Source: Lophium mytilinum
Taxonomy: Eukaryota
Direction of reading: 5' to 3'
DNA length: 64,000 nucleotides
Assembly: GCA_010093605.1 (NCBI GenBank)
Contig: MU004182.1
Coordinates: forward strand, 248,001-312,000
Shown here: in pieces, positions 26,401-34,991 of the stretch
Layout of the letters: every line of letters starts with the position of its first letter
Numbering within the stretch: the stretch's first letter is position 1
Program-made: the position numbers and the translations under genes
The notes under the pieces: model-generated
Told to the model about the DNA's origin: nothing
Databases searched by the model: none
The model's input: only the letters and a program-made list of their open reading frames with translations

Positions 26401-27918
26401 ACAAGCATCATCTTTGTTGTGGTGTTGATGATGCTGATTGCCTTGGTCTGGAGTCTGATCACTTGCTGGAAGTTAACTCTAGTCACCATTGCCATTGCTC
26501 CAATCATGTACGCCATAAGCGCAAGTTATCACAGGATTAGTGGTAAGTGGGAGGGCCACTCAAACGAGGCGGACGAAGCTGTCGGGATAGTACTCCATGA
26601 GACCTTGACGAATATCCGCACTGTTCGAGCTCTCACACTGGAGAAGGCTTTCCACCGGAAATACGTGGATGCCACCACCGCCGCCCTCACAACTGGAATG
26701 AAAAGAGCACTCTACTCGGGAATTTTCTTTGGACTCAGCAACGCTTGTATGCTGTTCTTCCAGGCCTTCCTGTTTTGGTACGGAGCTACCCTCATGAAGT
26801 CAGGCGCCTTCAATGCCACCGATGTTATTCAGACCCTCACAATCCTTCTTATGAGCACAAATTATGTTACCACGACGATTGTGTTCATCCCTCAGATTGG
26901 AGCGGCGAAAGATGCAGCGGCGCGCCTTCTACGTCTTGCCAACTTGTCACAAAACTCACACGAGCATGTTGGCACAGTACAAATTCCATCTGCTGGAAGC
27001 ATCGTCTTGCAAAATCTCCAATTTGCGTATCCTTCGCGTCCCACCCACCCAGTACTTCACCAAATCAATTTGGAAATCCCCCCCAGTAGCTGCATCGCCA
27101 TTGTAGGTGGTTCAGGCTCCGGAAAATCCACTATCGCCTCCCTACTCCTCAATTTATACCCATCCGACCCCAGCAGCTCTAAGCCGACCGAAATCACCGT
27201 CTCTGGTCGCGACATCAAGCGCATCCACACACCCACCCTCCGCTCTCTCGTCTCGATAGTCTCTCAAACCCCAACTCTTTTCCCTGGCACAATCGCCGAC
27301 AATATCGTCTACGGCCTTCCCTCTTCTTCCCCACACACAGCCCTGCCAAACATCCGCATGGCAGCCGCGGCCGCCGGCATCGACGACTTCATCGAGAGTT
27401 TACCATCCGGCTACTTCACTGGCGTGGGCGAAGGCGGCATGGGCATCTCCGGCGGCCAGGCCCAGCGCATCTCTATCGCTCGAGCTCTTGTTCGCCATCC
27501 CGACGTCCTGATCCTCGACGAAGCGACCAGCGCTTTGGACGTTGAGTCTGCGACTATCATACGTGAATCAATCCGAAGACTCATCGCAGACTCGCAGAAC
27601 GACGCGGCGTCCTCGTTCCGGAGGCCATCCGTGGTTGACACTTCGAGCTTGGCCGGAAATCACGAGCGGGAAGTTTCAAGGAGTATGACTGTGATCATTA
27701 TCACGCATTCGCGCGCGATGATGGAAATTGCGGATAAGATAGTCATGCTAGATCAGGGCTGTGTTGTTGAAGAGGGTGGGTTTGAGGAGCTGAGGCGGCG
27801 GAAAGGGGAATTTGCGAGGTTGTTGGAGTTTGGAGGGCTGGATGATGGGCAGATGCAGGTTGAGAGGGAGAAGCTGGAGACGGGATGGAAGGGGAAGGCG
27901 AAGGATGCGAGGAGTTGA
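23429..27918 (+). CDS. STE6: ABCB full-length transporter, a-factor pheromone exporter Ste6/Mam1-like
   Basis: TMD-NBD-TMD-NBD layout. NBD1: GRSGSGKST, LSGGQRQR, LILDESTSALD. NBD2: GGSGSGKST, ISGGQAQR, LILDEATSALD. The WKALFSFTT and FGELQARSAR motifs are typical of Pezizomycotina Ste6 homologues. Two introns. Confidence 0.85.
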
Positions 27919-28139
27919 GGTTGCTTGAGCGGTAAAAGACTGTTTAAGAGAAGGTGAATGCAAAAGTATTCACTCGCTCAACGTCCGAGGAGCAAAAGAA
28001 ACTGGCCACTTTGCGATGTACAGTTTGAAATATCGTGAGATTTAACACATTGTGCAATTGCTTGCGATGATTGAGTGTGCTATGTTCAGCGCCCAATACG
28101 GTGCTATTAGGTCTCAACTTCTGAATAGGTTCTTGGGCG

Positions 28140-28900
28140 AAGTAGTGATATGAAACTTTAGTAGTGAAGCATTAGGGGGGAACTGACGGGCACTGATATA
28201 GTAGCATCATGGCCAACGACAACATCTGACGCGTCGTAGTATATGATATCTAGGAGCAGTACCCAGGGACATCCTGCACTTAGATAGGCCCAACTACCTG
28301 CAGAAGAAGGGGGCCGCCAGCTCAGCCCCACCACATACTTAGCCGCAGCACCACCTAATATATATATAGAACTTCCTCAATTTCTCAGCCACAACCCTAG
28401 TTTCTGCTTATGCACGCAAAGAAATCAAAGTCTCCATAGCCGTGCGCGCCTATTGGGCTGGATCTTATACGTTAGTAAAGACAGCAGCGTTTGAAAATAA
28501 TACTAAGCCTTCATACATTTAAGTGCGTCTCCATAGTACTAAGTCGAGGATAGAGCGCCTAGCAGCCAAAATGCTCCTTCAGTTGCAGAGGAGGCCGGCC
28601 TTAACCTCTAACTAGACCATAGTATAGCTCTACGGCTTAGACCTACTATAGAAATATTAGAAAAGGATAGATATGCGGCATTGTGCTAAGTACCTAGGTA
28701 AGCCAGTGGACAGGAAGGAGCGCCACTGGCAATACCGTCGGCTAATCAGGAAAGGCGTGGCAAATGTGATAGGAGAGGCCTTATCCGACTTTTTAGGACG
28801 ATGAGCGGCAATAAAACGGAAACGCAATCAAGACTAGATGTGGGGCTAAAGGCTGTTGCATTGATGATGGTGAGGAAGCTAGCTAATGAGCGGAAGGAAG
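28140..28900 (+). pseudogene. TpA-rich, RIP-like degenerate coding relic of unknown family
   Basis: One + frame (~28370-28800) reads NFLNFSATTLVSAYARKEIKVSIAVRAYWAG...KRIDMRHCAKYLGKPVDRKERHWQYRRLIRKG and is interrupted only by TAA/TAG. Visibly TA-rich. Confidence 0.35.
28660..28740 (+). repeat. Dispersed direct repeat, copy A (partner at ~31445-31500)
   Basis: aaggatagatatgcggcattgtgctaagta[cctaggta]agccagtggacaggaaggagcgccac versus aagaataggcatacgttattatgctaagtaagccagtaggcaggaaggggcgctac. Confidence 0.8.
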
Positions 28901-28939
28901 AAAGACACACAGAAGATGCTAAGTAATCCTGCTGAACAG

Positions 28940-31416
28940 AAGGGGTCTGACAGCGATGAAACAGGCGCCTTGTGGAGACGCTGAGAGGAGAGCAGATTTA
29001 AAGGGCTGTGTCTCAGGCTCGCTAGTAGCAGGTTAGATCGGGTACAGTTTGGAGGGCAGGAGAGGTCCAGCCTTGCAGGGCGATGTAATTGGGGCCTTAC
29101 TAGGCGAACAAGACAGCAGGGTGAAAATCGGAGCCTCTGGTTGAGTCTCGCTGGCAGCAGTTTGGGCAGGTCGGGGCGGTAAATCTAACCGGAGAGGCCT
29201 TGCAAGGGGAAGCTGATAGTAGGGAAGGATGTAGCTTAAAAGGTAGGAGATACCCGACCTTCCATAGCGACGAAACTGGGGCCTTGTGAGGAGAGGCTGA
29301 TACCAGGGCAGATTTGAAGGCTTCGGCTTCAGCTTCTCTGGTAATAGCTTGGTCTGCCTGAGCGACCCTAGACGGTAGGAAGGAGGTGGCAATCTTGACC
29401 GGAAAAGCGCTCAAAAGAGAGACTATGGACCCGACCTTCACGAGCGTTTCGGTAGAAACACTCACAGGAGCTAGCACACTCTAGGGGAATGTTATGACCG
29501 GAAGCTTCTAGATTGTGGCCGCTTTCGTTGTCGGACTAGATCTAATTAAAGTGCAGTGGATTGGAGGAGGGAGACGATGGCTCCGGGCTAGATCTGAAGG
29601 TTGGGCAGGTGGGGCCCTGGTTGTTTGACCGTGTTGGTGGCTACGGATGGCGAACTCGAGTAGCTATCCTTACTGGCGTCGTCGGGTTTGACAGTCGCAC
29701 ACTCTGTGCATATCATGCCCGTAAATGGGCGGGTCCTGTCGCTCAGGCGGAGATTAGTGTTTGTGCGGGTGAGGCCACAACTCGAGCATGTGGCAGACTT
29801 TGGTAGCCCAGCATCCTCCTTAACAAGAAGGCGCGTGTTTCCAGGCAGCCATTCACATTGTCTGCCTGGCGATCTGGCCTCGACAGAAGTTTCGAGGCTG
29901 ACCATCAATACAGATGCGATGAGCCACGTGCACACTCGTGGCGTCTCCGGTGTAACCTTCGCAAGAATCCGCCAGTGTTAACGTTCATCTAAAGCGTCGA
30001 AGTCCTCGACGGTCTCGCAGAAAATTATTGCAGTGCGAGGCCGATTTCGATTATCTAAACACATGGTAATAAGCGTGGTCTGGATATCCCAGTCGTCCTC
30101 AATACAGATAAGCGGTAGCATGTAAAAACCTTTAACCGTAAGGCTTTACGCTTGTATCAGGGATACAGTCGCGTTAAACATCGCGGACGTTAACATCCCT
30201 ATAACCCATCCCATACCCGCATCGTGAAATATTTATTGGAATGGACTGGTTACAGCTAGACGTGTAACTTCGCAATAGAAGTGGCCCAGTATCTCGTGTT
30301 GATTTAGCTGTGCCTCTATAGTGGTCTGCAGCGGTAGATCTATGCGAGGGGTTTTGACGTTGCTCAGCGTCTCTTGCATCTTATAAACAGACGTTTGGAT
30401 GTCCTTCCAAGGTAGCATGCTTGGGTGAATGTTTGCCTCGGGTTCCTTTGCTCCGCTACAAGAGTTCAAACGTTGTAGGACGAAGGAGGTGTTGGTGTTG
30501 CAATCGGCTAGGGAGGTGTATGTGTCGCTCAACTAATATCGGACGGGCGACACAGAGGACTCCTCGCGACGGCGTTGTTTTCGTGGCGGGGTTTCAATTT
30601 GAGGACGCTTCTCCTATAAGAGCAGTTAGTAAGGGAAGCATAGATAGGAATGTAAGCACAAACTCGTTTGGGCAGCTGTGCAGAGGGCGGGGGCAGGATG
30701 TCCAGACCTGGCGATCTCGCCGATCTATGGCGGTGGAGACTCTAGCGCGTAGTTGAAGGCCCATGTGTGTTGCTCGTAGGGTGCTTTTCCTGCCTGGGGC
30801 GGGTGCGGAGGTCGTTGTTGTGAGGCGGCTGCCTCGGCGTCGTCGGTGAGGCGTAAGCGGTTGCTGGCGGCGATGATAGAACTTCGGACTCGTCTCTCGG
30901 CCGTTTTGCGGGCCTTGTGGGTGCAGTAGGCGGGGACAGGGCGACGTTGCTAGAGCTTCTTGGGAGAGGCAGATGGGGGGTGGCAAAGGGAGACTGAAAC
31001 GGCTGCAATTTGAATGGTGGCAGAGTACTCGCTTTCCATGGCGACATTATCAAGGCCTTTTTAGGCGACGCAGACAGTAGAGTGTGAATCGAGGCCTGGG
31101 ATTCAGGGTCTTTGACAATGGGTATGGCTGCCTGAGCCACCTCAGACGGTCGCAGCGAAGCGGCAAATCTGAGGGGGAAGCCTTCAATATAGAGGCTATA
31201 GTACCAACCTTTACAGGCGTGGCGTTGGAAGTAACTGGCACCTTTTCGGGGCTTCTTTTCACCGGAAGCATGGAGAAAGTAGCCGCTCTCGCCCGTGTCG
31301 TAAAATGATGTGGTTCGAGGTCGCCCGCGTGGGTGGGCTTGTAATATGGTGTTCGCTGGTGTGATAGAGTACGTCGACAGCGACTTAGTGAAAGGTTAAC
31401 TGCTGTGTTGTTCTAT
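28940..31416 (-). pseudogene. RIP-inactivated chimeric paralogue of the adjacent BRCT gene: SP/K-rich module + unknown domain + CxxC-x22-CxxC finger + repeated SP/K modules
   Basis: Separate track ORFs join into one frame across a 50-nt GT-AG intron (30614-30663). In-frame stops at 30742, 30533, 30233, 30146, 29978 and 29588, then after a frameshift at 29508 and 29481, are all TAA/TAG. There is a further frameshift near 31180. Segments match the intact gene: TRARAAT..LPV...TPVKVG.IASILKASP.RF...TLLSASP.KA.I.SPWKA..LPPFKL...QSPFAT. Confidence 0.8.
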
Positions 31417-31419
31417 GAG

Positions 31420-31500
31420 TGAGGGAGGAAGCTAGCTATAACGGAAGAATAGGCATACGTTATTATGCTAAGTAAGCCAGTAGGCAGGAAGGGGCGCTAC
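31420..31500 (+). repeat. Dispersed direct repeat, copy B (RIP-mutated)
   Basis: Matches 28660-28740 with several CA>TA and TG>TA changes. Its first ~25 nt (gaggaagctagcta..cggaag) also match 28872-28896. Confidence 0.8.
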
Positions 31501-31559
31501 ATTGGGGTGTCCTGCCAAGTTTAATAATACTTAAAAGTAGTAAAGTGCTATTAGGTTTA

Positions 31560-31995
31560 GATAGCCTGAGGCACCTCCAGCAGCGACAAGATGGTGTACA
31601 TAGTATCAAATTATTGAGAGAGCTGCAGGCGTCGGAGGTGGCCTGTCAAATCCAACGGTACTCCAAAGTGAATTGGTGTTGTTGAGTTTGGGACGCCTGA
31701 GGCACCCCTAACGGCGGCATCACGGTGTGCGCCGAATCAAGTATCCAGAGGCCTGCAGCCGTCTGAGGTGCCCTGTTGTGTTCAACTGGTACTCCAAAAT
31801 GATGTGGTGTTGTTGATTTGGGAGGCCTGAGGCACCTGTAGCAGCGGCAAGATGATGCGTACAGTATCAACTATTTACAGGCCTGCAGCCGTCTGAGGTG
31901 CCCTGTTGAGTTTAATGGTACTCCAAAATGATGTGGTGTTGTTGAATTTGGGAGGCCTGAGGCACCTCTAACGTCGGCATCAGGTGGTGCCGACA
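31560..31995. repeat. ~130-bp tandem array (3.3 units) upstream of the BRCT gene
   Basis: GCCTGAGGCACC at 31564, 31695, 31825 and 31955 (periods 131/130/130). CCGTCTGAGGTG at 31759 and 31889, with a variant at 31629. GGTACTCCAAA occurs in each full unit. Confidence 0.9.
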
Positions 31996-32232
31996 TGCCG
32001 ATCGGCAGACGCGTCGCGTGGGCGGCGCCGATCTAGGCAGCAGCGGGGTGGCTGGGAGTCGGAAAATAAAACGGTTGCCCGGCCAACGCTCTTTCTTCTT
32101 TCCTCCACCACACTTCCCACAACCATCACAACTGCCACGCTTTCATCTCCCACCAACCCCACACCACCCCGCAAAGCTCCATCGCAACTCCCTCCATCTC
32201 CAATCCATCAATCACCCTTTGAAGGAGCCACC

Positions 32233-33915
32233 ATGGTCCTTACCCGCGCGCAAAGAACCGCGCAGTCGGCAGCGGTCGCCGAGCCAGCCCCGCCAGCTCC
32301 GAAACCCGCCCTGAAAGCTGCACCCCGAAAGCCCGCCAAGGCTGCTGCTCCGAAGCCTGCTCCCGCGAAGCCTGCTCCCAAGAAGCCTGCTCCGAAAGCT
32401 GCTGCTCCCAAGACTGCTCCAGCCCCGAAGCCTGCGCCAAAGACCACGTCGAGGGTGGCAAAGGCTCCCAAAGAGGCCCCAAAGCCTGCGAAGAAGGCCG
32501 CAAAGCCTACCATCAAGACCACGAAACCGGCCGATAAAGTCACAAAAACGACCGCAAAAGCCCCCTCAAAGGCCCCGATCAAGGCCTCAACAGCCGCCAA
32601 AAGGCCGCAAAAGGTGGCTGTTATCACACCTGGCGTCCAGGCAACAATGCGAGTAACACGGGCGAGAGCGGCCACTGTCTCAAAGCTCCCGGTCGTAACA
32701 ATTCCCCAAAGCGTGACAGTTCCTGTGAGTGCTTCTAGCGAAACGCCTGTAAAGGTTGGAGCCATAGCCTCAATCTTGAAGGCTTCGCCCATTAGGTTTG
32801 CTACCTCTTTCCTACCGTCTGGGGTGGCCCGACTTGCTTTGCCTGCTGCCAATGAGTCTCAGTCAGAGGCTCCGATTCCGACCCTGCTGTCGGCTTCACC
32901 TCGAAAGGCCCCGATTCAGTCTCCGTGGAAGGCTGGACTCCTCCCGCCGTTCAAATTGAACCAGATACAATCTCCCTTTGCCACGTCGGTTGCCCCGTCG
33001 AAGCCAGCCCAACTTGTCGAATCACCCCTCAAAGCCTCTGCCTTACGCTCTCCAATTAAGATGTCCTCTCCAAAGAAGAGCGTCACCTGGAACCAAGCCG
33101 CTCCACAGGCCAAATCACCCGAACCTCTACCTGCCATGGCTGGACCTCTTGATGGCGCTGTAGTCTACCTCGACATTGTCCATCATGGCGAAGATGCCAG
33201 CGCCTTGTTCGCACCACTGGTCGAGCCGCTTGGAGCTTCACTTGCCTCCACCTGGACAGCTGATATCACGCACGTGGTCTTCGGCCAAGGCAGTCAGGCG
33301 ACGCTGGAGAAGGCCGTCGCAACTCACGGAGCTGTGAAGTGTGTGAGCATTGGATGGCTCATCGAGTAAGTTCCTTCCAAATATTTGATTCAAAACTCTG
33401 CTAACTCTACGTTTTACAGCTGCGACAAGCACAAGACCTGGCTCGACGAGACTCACTACCGGACCGATTTGTCCCATATTCCTGGAAGCTTGACCTATCA
33501 GTCGCCATTCCCCTTCACAGCTGCCACTCCGCTCGCTGCTCGCGCTCCTATGCAGACTCCTTCAAAGGCTGCTGCAGGAGATGTTGCAATGGACGACACT
33601 CTCGATGACTTCGGCAACAGTACGATCAGCGACACGCACTGGAGCTTCCCGACTCCTACTATGCAAACTCCCGTCTTCATTCGCAGACTCAACGACGAAG
33701 ACAAGGAAAACAAAGCCCCAAAGTCCCTCACCGACTCGCCCGAAGAGAGACTCGTTCAGAAGTCGGCCCCACCCAAGCAGATAGGAAGAACACTGCTTGA
33801 CGTCGGCACACCGGCCCACAGCGCGTTCAAGAGGCGCTTGATGGCAGGCAAGAGACGCAGCGAGGAGTTTGCCCCAAACATTGGCAGCCCTTTGAAGAAG
33901 ATGAGGATGTTTTAG
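32233..33915 (+). CDS. Histone-H1-like P/A/K-rich protein with a microcephalin-type BRCT domain
   Basis: ATG at 32233. N-terminus is PAK/PKK-rich with many SPxK motifs. BRCT-like segment GPLDGAVVYLDI..GEDASALFAPLVEPLGA...ITHVVF.QGSQATLEKA....GAVKCVSIGWLIE|CDKHKTWLDETHY (intron ~33366-33419). C-terminal RRLMAGKRRSEEFAPNIGSPL resembles the tail of Pezizomycotina BRCT proteins. Confidence 0.8.
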
Positions 33916-34062
33916 ATGGACATTCGGAGAGAATTGTTGGTTTTTTAAAGCACGGAGTTGGACGGATTAGCATAATACCCGGAGGCTTATGATGGTTTTT
34001 CCGGCGAAAAGGTTCTTGTTTTCGGGTTTGTTTCTTCCTTTTCTTTCTGGGTTTTTGTATGA

Positions 34063-34276
34063 AGCTGGGCCCCGTAATGGAGGGCCAGGTTTCCGGTTCT
34101 TGTTTGGCGTTTTTGGGGTTTTTATAGCTGGGCCCCGTAATGGAGGGCCAGGCTTTGGGCACTTGTTTTCACGGTTTGGGGGGTTTATTATAGCTGGGCC
34201 CCGTAATGGAGGGCCAGGCTCTGGGTACTTGTTTTTCTTTTGGTGGTTTATAGCACTGAGCCACAGCGGGCCAGGC
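34063..34276 (+). repeat. 3 exact + 1 degenerate copies of a 27-bp hairpin repeat with T/G-rich linkers, in the probable 3' UTR
   Basis: AGCTGGGCCCCGTAATGGAGGGCCAGG at 34063, 34126 and 34192; degenerate copy at ~34252; linkers of 36, 39 and 33 nt. Confidence 0.9.
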
Positions 34277-34459
34277 TTTTTGTAGATTAATGAACTGATG
34301 ATGACGAGTCTCTTGATTCTGTGCTGTGTGATGAGTGGGTTGCTGATTGCTTGACACCGTCTGAAGTCCTCCAGCATGGACTCAGAAATTAGAGCTGGAT
34401 GTCACGTTTTGGAAAGCGTGAATTGGATCGGGGTGTTGGCCGGTTTTGAGCAGTATGAT

Positions 34460-34910
34460 AGCCACTTGAAGCGTCTTTGCAGTGCCATCTAGCAACGCAA
34501 ACCAATCTGGTCCTCAAGCAGATTCTGGAGTTCCGAACACCACGTTTCCACCCGACGCCCAGATCTGGGTGGACAATACGAGGTATTTGATCGGTGGGCT
34601 ACCTTTTTGAGCCACCTCAGACGGTGTCAAGCCCCCGTCAAAATCATGTACCAACCCAGCAGATTCTGGAGCTGTCTACATTACATCGTCTTGCGACGTC
34701 TGATATTGGCTATAAGTCTCCATACTTTTTCTCATCAGTCTACCTCCTTGAGACACCTCAGACAGCGCCATGTAGCTGTCAAATCAATTGACAGACCAAG
34801 CAGATTCCAGAGCCCATCACATTGCATCGTCTCACAAGCCTTCATTCTGAGCAGAAAACTCCATGCTTTTGATCATCAGGCTACCTCCATGAGCTACCTC
34901 AGACAGTCTG
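34460..34910. repeat. ~141-bp degenerate tandem array (~3.3 units) downstream of the BRCT gene
   Basis: AGCAGATTC at 34517, 34658 and 34799; (C/T)ACCTCAGAC at 34613, 34754 and 34895. Both have a period of 141. Confidence 0.85.
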
Positions 34911-34991
34911 GACCCATAATATATACACTCGCTAGTCTGCTCTGGGTTGAAGGGTATCGCATCATTTCATTCGTATCCTCTCCCATTCCTC

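Noticed and set aside
34063..34276. CRISPR array (27-bp repeats with 33-39 nt spacers)
   Set aside because: Fungal genome, no cas genes, and the spacers are mutually similar T/G-rich tracts. Kept as a hairpin minisatellite instead.
34293..34367. Box C/D snoRNA (ATGATGA ... GTGATGA ... CTGA, ~75 nt)
   Set aside because: The putative D box and guide are part of the local CCGTCTGA repeat motif, and I recognise no rRNA complement. A snoscan or Rfam hit would be needed.
33827..34377. ORFs with repeated PGPPLRGPA / WPSITGPS / AGPRNGGPG peptides
   Set aside because: Translations of the hairpin repeat. They are open in several frames on both strands with no coding evidence.
28140..34950. Starship or autonomous transposon call for the island
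   Set aside because: No tyrosine recombinase (DUF3435), DDE transposase, reverse transcriptase, clean TIRs or TSD could be identified. Mobility remains a hypothesis.
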